Of a stretch of 64,000 bases of DNA, positions 13,563 through 24,654 are shown in pieces. The stretch is from Utricularia gibba (taxonomy: Eukaryota > Plantae > Magnoliophyta). A program made the position numbers and the translations under genes. Below the pieces are notes generated by a model, which was given only the letters and a program-made list of their open reading frames with translations, ran no database searches and was not told the origin of the DNA. The DNA lies in assembly GCA_002189035.1 (NCBI GenBank), contig NEEC01000004.1:4278001-4342000 (forward strand), written 5' to 3'. How positions within the stretch are numbered: the stretch's first letter is position 1; the number at the start of each line of letters is the position of its first letter.

Positions 13563-16060
13563 ATGGGTCTCATCCCAATAATTGAGATGAACAGAGCTTC
13601 TACTGCAAACGCCATGGACAGAGAAAGAGAAGAGCATGCTAAGAAGGATGAAGAAGAGCACCCAACTGAGAACGAAGCCACAAGCATTCAGCCATGGAAG
13701 AGCCAGATAACTCTGCGTGGAGTAGTAATCAGTGTGCTCCTGGGTTCCCTTTTCAGTATCATCGCAATGAAGCTTGTTCTCACTACGGGGATTTCTCCTA
13801 ATCTCAATGTTGCAGCTGCTTTTCTTGCATTTCTTCTTGTTAAAATATGGACAATGTTTCTTCAGACAACAGGGATTTCTTCTTCTCCTTTCACTAAACA
13901 GGAAAACACCATGATTCAGACATGTGTGGTTGCTTGTTATGGGATTTCTTCTGCAGGTTTCCCGCACTTTTGGGGCTTTTTTTGTAGCATCTTTGTCAGC
14001 TGGGGTGCGGTTTTTGAAGGTTATTGTTGAAATTTCAGGGGGATTTGGGTCTTATTTACTTGGGATGAATAGGAGAACGTTTGAGCAATCTGGTGGGTTA
14101 TCAGTACAAGGAAATAGTCTGAGTAGCATTAAGGAACCGGGAATTGGATGGAACATGAGTTTCCTATTTCTTGTCTCCTTCATTGGGCTCTTTGTGCTGA
14201 TTCCTCTCCAGAAAGTAATTCGCTTTTTCGGTTTCACTACAGCGTAAGTTATTTGACAAGAAAGATTCAATTTTGATGTATGTTGGTGGCAGATTCTGAT
14301 CATAGATCACAAGTTGCCTTTCCCAACAGGCACAGCTACTGGATTACTCATCAACGGATTACATGGGAAAGGAGATAAAATGGCGAAGTACCCATTCTTT
14401 GTGCTCATTTACCATCTTTCTGCCTACATAATTATCCTGTTTAGGAAGCAATTCTTCGCTTGTTTGCAGGAAGCAAGTCAGGGGTTCATCAAGTCCTGTT
14501 CTTTGAGCTTCCTATGGGGCTTTTTCCAGTGGTTTTACTCAGCAAACGAAGATTGTGGATTTTCACGGTTCCCAACTTTTGGGCTGCAAGCAAGGAAACA
14601 AACGTAGAAAAAACAAAAAGTTTCCCACATTTCCTATTCCATGGATACAGATCATGACGACTAAAAGCATGTTTCCTTTTCCTTTTCAGATTCTACTTTG
14701 ATTTTAGCTTGACATATGTTGGAACTGGAATGATTTGCTCTCATTCAGTGAACTTGTCATTGCTTCTTGGAGCTGTGCTTTCATACGGCATGCTGTGGCC
14801 GTTGATCGCCCTTCGTAAGGGAGACTGGTTTCCAGGTGACATCCCTGAAAGCAGCATGAAGAGTCTCAACGGTTACAAGGTCTTGGTTAGCATTTGTTTA
14901 TGTGGATGATCAATCGCTTGGCTCCTGACCTTCACCTTGATGACAGATTTTCATCTCAATTTCCCTCCTCCTGGGTGACGGCCTCTACAATTTCATCAAG
15001 ATATCCGGTTTTACAGCCATCAAAATCTGTACAAGGATACATGGAAGAAAGAGTGGTAAGCGATTGAATGCCGGAAAAGATCAAACAGGATGTAATCTTG
15101 GTTGCTTTTCAATGCAGCAAGCAATAGAAGGGCTTACACTGATGTCAAAGACAAGGTGTTCGCTACAGACAGCATCCCCCTCTGGGTAGGAGTTGTTGGA
15201 TACATGACTTTAGCGGTGGTGTCGATCATCGCTGTTCCTTCCATTTTCCCAGAACTGAAATGGTACTTCGTCGTGATGGCCTACACTCTTGCCCCATCTC
15301 TTGCCTTCTGCAACGCCTATGGAGCTGGACTGATGGACATAAACTTAGCCTACAACTATGGAAAAGTTGGTCTTTTCATAGTTGCAGCTCTTTCCGGTAA
15401 AGAACATGGAGTCATAGCAGCAATGGCAGCCTGCGGTCTCTTCAAATCCATCATCAATGTCTCCTGCATCCTAATGCAAGACTTCAGAACAGGGCACCTC
15501 ACGCTAACCTCCACCAAAACAATGTTCCTGAGCCAAGCCATAGGGACAGCCCTGGGGTGCATAGTGACACCACTCAGCTTCGCCCTATTCTACAGAGCAT
15601 TCGACATTGGGAACCCGAATGGCGAATTCAAAGCCCCATTTGCCCTGATTTACCGAAACCTAGCCATTGTTGGTGTCCAAGGATTCTCAACTTTGCCCCA
15701 ACATTGCTTACATCTCTGCTGTGGGTTCTTCGGACTCGCCATCGTTGTCAACCTTGTGAAAGACCTACTGCCCCAGAGGTTTGCGAAATGGGTGCCATTA
15801 CCCGCAGCCATGGCGGTGCCGTTCATCGTCGGAGGGTACTTCGCCATTGACATGTGCGTGGGAAGCCTTGCCAAGTTCGTCTGGGAGAAAGTCGATTTCG
15901 TGGAGGCCGAGAGTGTGGTTCCTGCAGTTGCATCAGGATTCATCTGTGGAGAAGGGATCTGGACGCTTCCTGCCTCCGTTCTGGCCTTGTCCAGAGTTAC
16001 TCCCCCATGTGCATCAAGTTCTTGCCTGCGCCACCCAAGGTGAATGCAGGTGGGCATTAG
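13563..16060 (+). CDS. YSL: YELLOW STRIPE-like metal-nicotianamine transporter (OPT family, YSL1/2/3 clade), 7 exons; two apparent 1-nt frameshifts
   Basis: Motifs PWKSQITLRG, ENTMIQTC, FPTGTATGLLING, FPTFGLQA, LMQDFRTGHLT, PLPAAMAVPF, GFICGEGIW. The start could be 13563, 13587 or 13614. The end assumes the C-run at 16002-16006 is corrected. Confidence 0.88.
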
Positions 16061-16969
16061 GATGGATCTTGGCAATTCGGGTCGGGCTCCATATGAAACA
16101 AGAACTGGTGTACATACATTGGAAAACCCTTTTCCAAGATTGATAGTATGGTTAAGTATAGTATAATATATGTTTAATTATATATATATGTTTTATATAT
16201 TTAATTGTATATAATGTTTTATATTATTGAATAGAAGATATGGATATAATTAGCTATTCTCTCTATTTAAGTATATTATTTATATATTCAAAAATTAAAT
16301 ATGTAAGTGATATAATTATATAAGTTGTCATATATATGTTAATTAATAAAAAAAATATTATATTTATAAAGTTGTGTGTAAATTTTATATACTACACTAT
16401 CAAATATTATTTAAATTTCATCAAAATTTTAAATTATTCTAAAACAAAATAATTTTGATAAAAAAAATATTTTATATTTGTAAATATAATGATTAGTTAT
16501 TTAAAAAGTTTGATTATTTTTAAAATGTTTAATTTTTTTAAAATATAAATAATTTATATTCGGTAATAAAATGTATTTGTACAATGATTCAAAAAAGATA
16601 GTTTGAAATATAAAAGATAAATCGTTGGTTCATATTATGGGATCCAACCAAGTAGCCGTATATGAGCTGTCTGTCAGCGATTGGCTGTCTGTCTTAATGA
16701 TAATAGCAACAAGGATTCACATGGAGGAGGAATTTACCACTTCACCCTTTTTACTCTTGGTTAAAAACATGTGGAGCTAAAAGGTAATAATAAATTCAAG
16801 CGGCAAAAAAAAAAAAAACCAAAAGTGTTTTCAAAAATTTATTCAGCTCATGGGTAAATCATTTTGGCTAATGCAACAAGATGGATTAAAATAAAAAAAA
16901 AATCTCAAACCAACCAACCCCACGTGGCCGGCATCCATGGCGGGTAGCTAAAAGAATCCACGGTTGAGA

Positions 16970-18488
16970 TCAATTCAGGACAATGAGTGGGACCACCAGA
17001 CAAAGGATTGCCAGCAGCGCTCCATACGCAACTCTCTCCTGCACCCGCGATAGAGATAGAATAAAAATGGAATTAATAATTGGTGGCAAGCACTAAAAAT
17101 AGAATTAATCCACCGACAGAGACCTCTTTACCGTGAGGGTGCCCTTAAAAACAGGGGGCCCTACGCCTACAGAGTTACCGCTAGGGGAATAGAGTGGTAA
17201 AAATCGGATTTATTTACCGTGTTACTGGAGAGAGTTCAGGGGACTTACAGCGTCATCCGCATTGATGGACAGGTACCCGTTCGGCGGCTCCACCTTCGGC
17301 GCCGGCATGTACGGCGGCGATACACCGGAGCTTGGCTTCCCTGCACTTCCGAGCCCTGTCAAGTTGAACCCCAAATCGTAGACCGGAGTGCCGTTGGGAT
17401 TGAAGAGGCCGAAGTTGCGCTCCGACGTTGGGCCAGGCTTCTGATTCTCGTTGAAGAGAGCGAACACGTAGATGTTCAATTCGGCGTTGGGTCTCATCGG
17501 AGTTCCCTTGTTTTCCCGGATCAGCCGGAGCAAATTGCAGTTGTAGATTCTGGCGTTTTGGGGGGTCGCGCCGGCCTCATCGGCGTCGCCTTTGGACGGC
17601 CACCCTGTTTCGGAGATCTGTAGATTCACGTTCTTGTACCCGAGTTTGTCCATTGCGTGGTAAACGGCGTCGATTTGAGCTTCGAACATGTTGCTGTAAT
17701 GGAGCCCGGTGCCGGAGTCGAGAACGCCGGAGCCCTCAAATAGCACGAAGTCGAGGGGTATTTGTTGCGGCTTTGCTTTGTAAGCGAAGTAGGGGTAAGC
17801 GTTGATGAGAAACGGGGATCCCACCTTGTGGTGGAAATCGAGGATGCAGGCGATTCTCTGGTTCAGATCTCGGCGAAAGATCCCAGCAGATGGCGGCGAG
17901 GAAACTTCTAGAATGCCCATATTGTGGGCGGTGGTTACCGTGACTTGTTTGTCGAGGTTCAGTGACACGAGGGCGGTGTGAATGTTTTCCATGGCGGGGA
18001 GGAGGGCGGCGGAGAGGGCGGAGTCGTTGGCAGTGAGGACCTCGTTGCCGACTGCCACGCTGGTGATTTTTGTCGCCGGTAAGTAGCATTGAACTTTGTC
18101 CTTGACCCATTCCTGGGCTTTCGCCGGATCCCGCATTTCAAGAAGGTACTCGTTGCCGAGGCCGACGATGAACTCGACGCCGGAGTTGGCGAAGGCTCTG
18201 AGAACTCGTGGGTCGGCGTCGTAGAGCTTGAGACGGGTGCCTCCAATGGACTTCACCAGAGGCACAACGGCGGCGGGATCGGGGAGGTTGTTCGCTATTT
18301 GGCCGTAGTTGATGCCGAAAATCGCGGCGCCGGCATTGTAGACAGCTGCATTTGTTTTGGCAATCACACAAATCAGAAAGAGCTACAAAGTAAAAAAAAA
18401 CAAACCTAGCTCACTTTAATTGACAAACAGTACCTGAAAGAAGAAAGAGAAGCACCATGCGGCGGCGGTGGGCGCCGGAGTAAGCCAT
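16970..18488 (-). CDS. GH17 glucan endo-1,3-beta-glucosidase with signal peptide and C-terminal GPI-type hydrophobic tail, 3 exons
   Basis: Exons 18488-18434, 18345-17249, 17038-16970 join in frame: MAYSGAHRRRMVLLFLLSAVYNAGAAIFGINYGQIANNLP, VAVGNE, ISETGWPS, IYVFALFNENQKPGPTSERNFGLF, ending ERVAYGALLAILCLVVPLIVLN*. Confidence 0.92.
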
Positions 18489-18784
18489 TGGTGAAGGAGG
18501 AGGAAGAGGAGGATGCCGATAACGCAAATAATAATATCTATTCCCTTTCTGCGTTGCCTGAAGTCAGTGTCGTATTCACTTCCTTGTGGGCCCATATTAT
18601 TCCAATTAATTTGTTTTTTTTACCAACCAATTGCATGCCTATTGATTTCTATTTTATTATATTATTAATTTTAAAAACCCTCTCGTTTTCTAGCCGTTGT
18701 CTGTTACTTTTATACATATTTTATGGTGTGATTGAATTCAGAATCTAAAAAAAAAATTATTTTATAAAATCTCATTCGTAATTG

Positions 18785-18820
18785 TCCGACCGGATCCCAG
18801 ATAGGCCGGGCCCGGTCGGA
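18785..18820. repeat. Short GC-rich inverted repeat
   Basis: Arms TCCGACCGG (18785-18793) and CCGGTCGGA (18812-18820) are exact reverse complements with an 18-nt spacer. Confidence 0.7.
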
Positions 18821-18880
18821 TCTCTTCGGATCCCAACCGGTCCAACACCAGGGACATTGCATGGAGGTGGGCGACTGACA

Positions 18881-20356
18881 TTAGGGAGTTGGTTTGTTGT
18901 GAACACGAAGCATGGTTTTGAAAAGATGCATGCTTTTCTTGGTGTAACTCGTCTCCTCCACCATCTCAGACTTTCTCGCTTCTCTTCTTCTCGGCGCGGA
19001 TATTGATCGCCGCCGCTCCGATGGGAACGCCTCCTGCAAGTTGTGACGACAGGCGCTTTTCGTGAGTGCGATTTCTCATACTGATCGGTGTATTGGCGGT
19101 GTTTAAATTGTGTACGACTCACCTTCGCTGGGGGTTTGTCAGATGGGTTTGGAGATGTCGATCTCTTGCCTCCAGAACCTGATCGCTGGGTGGAGAACCG
19201 GAATGGGGAGATTGAGCGTTTTCCTGATTCCCAAATCGACCGTGTTTCAGTACATATCTAGCGGAGAAATCAGAAAAAGTAAATGGATTTGAATTTTTCA
19301 CCAGATGCTTTGTTCGGTGTACAATTAGCTGAGGTGAATGCGAAGCGGGGAAGATTCGGAGACGATTGCCCTCCTGGCTTCTCTTCTCTGTGTACAATTT
19401 AGTGACTCGAATGAGATTTTCGATATTCATTGAATTTGGGGGAAATCGATATTACCTGGGCGGTCGTTTTTCAGGCTTTTTCCGTATCAACTGAAATGCC
19501 TCAGAAGACGAGTTGCTTCCAGACCAAGAAGTGCATTGCCTCAGAGAAATGAGAATGGTGTTAGGAAAGTAAGTCATTTCACCGTTTTTGATTTGCTGCA
19601 GTTCTTTTGAGAGTGTATCTGTCACTTGGGACAGTGATGGTGAGCTGGGGAGAAAATCTGTTGGATTTGCAGAGCAAATTCAAAATTTAGGAAATCTATA
19701 ACATCCCTTACAACCTGAAACGAAGCTTCACCTGAATTTTCTGCTGTATGTGTATACTGCTTGTGATGGCTCTTGGTGTCTGATATTAGCTTGAACAGCG
19801 ACACGCCACGAAAACTGGTGAATTCTTGGCATGCTGCCAATCTCTGTTGCAGTCATTATTCATAATTCAGAATGAGATAAAAAAATGATGCTTTTTGTGA
19901 AGAAAAATGAAGTGATTTGGCTACTTGTTGAAGACAAGAGAAGCGAGTTGATGTAGCTGAGAATCCACCAGCTGTTTCATCGAGGAATAGATTGAGCTTA
20001 TCAGCTGCACAACCCAAGTGATCCACAGTAGTCACAACGGCTTTTGCAAGGTAATCTTTTGAAGAGTCCACCACCCTTTCACATAAACAGATCAATCCAG
20101 AATTCATTTGGGCACAGAGAAGGCCATGAAAAATCTCTACACTTACTGCTTCTTTTCCTCAGCTTGTTCATAGGATGCCTCCAAATACTCTGCTGCTGCG
20201 TACAATTGTGCCTTGAGACCTCTCAGATCCTGCGAAAAAGGGATATGACCGATAAACTGATACGTGACAGAAGTTGGATGAAGATTGACGTACTTTTAAT
20301 CCAAATGCAAACTGGGAGCTGATGTGCGATGAGGAACGCGAATTCTCTGCTATCAT
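18881..20356 (-). CDS. ABIL: ABL-interactor-like (ABIL) SCAR/WAVE complex subunit, divergent; middle exons uncertain
   Basis: Exons 20356-20294, 20229-20147, 20075-19925 give FAFGLKDLRGLKAQLYAAAEYLEASY...KDYLAKAVVTTVDHLG. Later exons give KRSISPFRF...RSGS...RSTSPNPS and FPSERRRSIS...KKSMHLFKTML, ending at TAA 18883-18881. Confidence 0.8.
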
Positions 20357-23179
20357 TTTGAAACAAGGAGTGGGTTCGTGTTCGCGACACAGAATCAGAA
20401 GCGGGTTGATTTTTAAGCCAAAGCAGGACCCGTGACTAACAGGAAACGAAGGTGGCCAAGAGGGAGTTCCGGTGCTTTTGCTGGCGTGATACAGACCAAT
20501 CAAGCGACAAACAAGGTACACTCCTTACACTAGCTTTTCCCTTTCATGGAGATTGCTTCAGAAGAATGCAGATTTTGGTCATAGAGATTTCAACTTTTCG
20601 AAGTTGGATACAAGGAAGGGAACAAAAGAGAGGACCAGTGATAGAAATGAGACTGTTGTGCACGTGAATTATGGAAATGGGGAATCAGAAAATAATTGAC
20701 ACTCCTCTTATTGGTGGTCATGCCATGGGGCTGGGGCTCAACACAGCCCCCCTTTTTTTCTTCCTGTACTTAAATACACGAGGCTTCTATAGTATCCTTC
20801 TCTTTGTGTTCCCATGAAAAAGGTAGGCGTACTTTTCATTGCAAAGTGTGTATTTTCCATGCTTCAGGACAAATGCTTACTCCGAGAAAAAGTTGAAACG
20901 TTGTGTTCTTGTCTGAGATCAGGATACGAGGGAGGAGCGAGCCCCAGAAGTTTGTTCTGCCTATGAAAGTGTCGGGGGCCTCCCTCCATTCGAGGTACAT
21001 GTCCAAACGTTAAATCTCTGTTGAATTAATGAGACTCCTGATGCCTCCTCCTCAGTTAATAAGCTGTTTCCTTTCAATAATACAAATAATGATATGATAA
21101 TGGGTGCAAACATGACAAGAGATGCGGTACGGTCATCAATACTGAAGAATAATGGCTGCATTTAGTTCCCTTTCAGGATCCCCGTTTCACAGAAATGCAG
21201 CCAGCCAGCAACTAAATACATTCACCAACACAGAAATCAATTCCCAAGGCCCCAAGACAGTTACCAGCTGCACCCACAGACTGAAGCCACTTTCTCGATT
21301 TAATCTCTATGCCTTATATTTGGTTGGTTACCTTCTTGTGGAGCCTATGGTGGCTCTCTGATGAGGCTCATCCCAATGAAAGAAAGGGGTCACCTTGCTT
21401 ACATCTTCTTCTTGTTGCTGGCCCAAGTCTCCTGCATCCCCAGCTGTATGCTATGCCTATCTGAATCGCAGCAGACACTACAAGACGGAAGCTACAGGAA
21501 ACAATAACATTAAATAGTAGTTTGTTGTATAGATAGAGATTACACTTATCAGGGCAATAACCCAAGCAAATAATCTTATAGGACAAATTGCATCTTCTAT
21601 ACATCTCAGACCTGCGACTGCTTTCAAATTTCTTCACTGGTGCTGATGACAACATCGAACCTAATCGTTCTTTTTTTTTTTTTTTGTTTGTGACAGATCT
21701 CATAAGCTGTCACAACAGTACTGGGTTACCACTACGCCTGGTTTAGATCCACACATCTGCTGACGAACTTAGCAATGGGCAGACTCATGTGTGGACAGAA
21801 GGAATGCAGATGGAGAGGTAATTAGTGTTTTGCATGTGTCAGTGTTTTTTATCGGCATTTTACCAAATTTTGCCTGCAGATGGATGGGATGACATGATTG
21901 TAAAGCTCCCACTTCATTAGTGTGTCCGGCGAAGCGCCATCCCCCTGGTTCCACACTCATCATCATTCACTCACCACTCGCCGGTGCTGGGTTTTGAGTG
22001 CAGGTGTCGTCTCTTCGACAGGAAAGTATCCCCTTCCAATTCCCATGTCCCTATCTTACCCTGCAATGCAACCACCCACTTGCTTATCACCACAAGAAAA
22101 TCTCAATGTGGGTGCTGGGAATGGTTGCCAAAAGGTATATAGACAAATTTAATCTATTGATATACCTTATTGAAAAATAATTTTCGAAAAATACTTGCAA
22201 ATAAATATAAAACGAGGTTTTACAATATTTTAAAAACCTGATTTACTTTTAATTTTTTTAGTTTTTTTAAAACAAAATTGATTCTAAACTAAAAAAATTG
22301 AAACTATTTAAATTTATGATTTAAATTATATAGAATAAAATTAATTTTAATATTATAAACTGTTTTGTGATATACTATAAAATTATGTTATAAAATATAA
22401 TAGATAATATATATTGTAAAATTGAACATATTAAATTATTATATAAATTTAATATTATATTATGAATATTTTTAAATTAAATAAAAATTGAATAATATAA
22501 TATTTTTAATTATTTATTTAATCAATAATTTTAAAATTAATCATAATCTCAATTTATAATTTTAATACATAACCATTAAATTTAGACACATTACACTTAT
22601 TGAGTTATATACACACAATAATCCCATTATTTAAACATAAATTTCATTAAACCTTCTAAATTTTTACCAACACAATTCCAAAAAATATTTACTCTTCGTC
22701 GGCCGAAAAGCTGCGCAATTCACGTCCGTACATCCAAGACATTTGACTTATTTTGTGAATATATTTATGGGAAAATTATATATATGCTTTCATCATTACT
22801 CTCTATGTGTATTATTATTATTATTATAAAATTAATAATCATTATTTTAATGTTTCATAAATTTGATTCTCATCATAAAATTTTAATTCACATTCAACAA
22901 GAACTAAACAGAAACTTTTGGCGTCAAAGTTTCTTATGTTTATTATTAATTAGGATTTACCACCTAAAAAAATATTCATAAAAAATGCATTTATATGGAT
23001 ATATGAAGGAAACTTTTATTAATGGATAAATTAGTAATATTTATGATAAAATAAGGCATATATATAAATTAAAAAATATTATTATTTGGATGGTATTAAT
23101 GAAATTGGGTAAATGGAAATATAAATGGGGGGTAAATACTAATGGAATAGGTTCGTTTTTAATGCAATAAAGAGAAGAA

Positions 23180-24450
23180 ATGAATCATACGCTAGCATCA
23201 ACACAAGTCTTCATCGTCGTCGTCATCGGTCTCTGGATTTCACGCGCTTCCGCCGCCGCGGGTGCCGCGTTCAACGTCACCGCCGCGCGGTTCACGGAAT
23301 CGTATTCTCCCCTTTTCAGCAAATTCAACATTCACCCCTCTCCCGACGACAAAGCCGTCCATCTCCATCTTAACCGTTTCTCAGGTTGATATGCCCGTAC
23401 ATCTTTCTGCGCTTTCGATACGCACATGCAACTGCCGATTCTGTGCATTACAGAGAAAACGGGTATTGCAGGTTCTGGGATCATATCGTCGGACTACTAC
23501 AGCCATGGCTTCTTCAGCGCGGCGGTTAAGATGCCGCCTCTCCATACCGCCGGCATCGTCGTCGCTTTCTATGTACGTTTCGATTAGATACGTGATCTGT
23601 TTTCCGATGAATAGGCGAAAAATAGAAGATTTTTGCAGACGTCGAATGTTGACACCTTTGAGAAGAATCACGACGAATTGGACATTGAGTTTCTGGGGAA
23701 TGTGAAAGGGAAGCCATGGCGGTTTCAGACGAATGCTTATGGGAACGGCAGCGTTTCGCGTGGCCGGGAAGAGCGGTATCGTCTCTGGTTTGATCCAGCG
23801 GCTGATTCCCATCGGTACAGCATTCTTTGGACGCCTGAAAACATCATGTAAGAGGCGTTTCTCGTGCACGATCTAAGAAGCCGCGTATCCTGATCACGAA
23901 TGAATCGATCTCCCTCGATTGCTTTTGCAGATTCTACGTGGATACTGTTCCGATAAGGGAGATCCGCCGCTGCGCCGCCATGAGGGGCGACTACCCATCG
24001 AAGCCGATGTCCGTTTACGCCACGATCTGGGACGCGTCCTCGTGGGCCACAAACGGCGGTCGTGAAAAGGTCGATTATCGGTACGAGCCGTTCGTGGCGG
24101 AGTTCACCGATCTGGTGCTCGACGGCTGCGTTGTTGACCCCTCCGATCAAGTCCCATCATCAGATTGCGCCGACGCGACTGCAGATCTCATGGAGAAGGA
24201 GTACGCCGCCGTGTCGGCCATGGGCCGGCGATCGATGAAGTGGTTCAGGGAGAAATATATGTACTACTCTTACTGTTATGATGTCGTGAGATACCCCGTG
24301 GCGCCTCCAGAATGCGTCGTTGTGGAGTCGGAGAAGGAGATGTTCAGAACCACAGGGAGGCTGAGAGAGAGGATGAAATTCGGTCCACACCACCGGCGTA
24401 GTCGAGGGTCCGCCCGGCGACGTCGGAGAGGGGTTACCGCAGCCGTTTGA
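23180..24450 (+). CDS. XTH30-like: Xyloglucan endotransglucosylase/hydrolase, group III-B (XTH27-30-like), 4 exons
   Basis: Exons 23180-23384, 23472-23572, 23639-23847, 23931-24450. Signal peptide, catalytic HDELDIEFLG, YPSKPMSVYATIWDASSWATNGG, and an Arg-rich C-terminal extension. Confidence 0.93.
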
Positions 24451-24654
24451 TGCACTGACCCAGTAAAAACGAAACTGTAACTCCCTATTTTACTTTTTAA
24501 ATTCAAATTTTAAAAAACAAAATATAGCTATAAAAAAAAAAATCACTGGTTCCCAACGGTGACAAAAGAAACGGACTTCACCGTCATTTTCTGCTATCAA
24601 ATCTCAACAAACAAATGGCATTCCAACCAAATGTACAGTGAAGGGATACGAAGA

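Noticed and set aside
15356-18409. Long antisense and alternative-frame ORFs over YSL and the glucanase (e.g. 15650-16075, 17219-17623, 17736-18110), and similar ones over XTH, CSLD and ABCB2
   Set aside because: Shadows of GC3-rich coding sequence with no recognisable domains.
18346-18433. Apparent frameshift between glucanase exons 1 and 2
   Set aside because: It arises only if the TAG at 18385-18383 is used (51-nt intron). The CAG acceptor ending at 18346 gives an 88-nt intron and an in-frame join.
21787-21810. Second partial miR394 complement (GTGGAC-AGAA-GGAATGCAGA)
   Set aside because: Needs a 4-nt bulge plus several mismatches and wobbles; consistent with chance.
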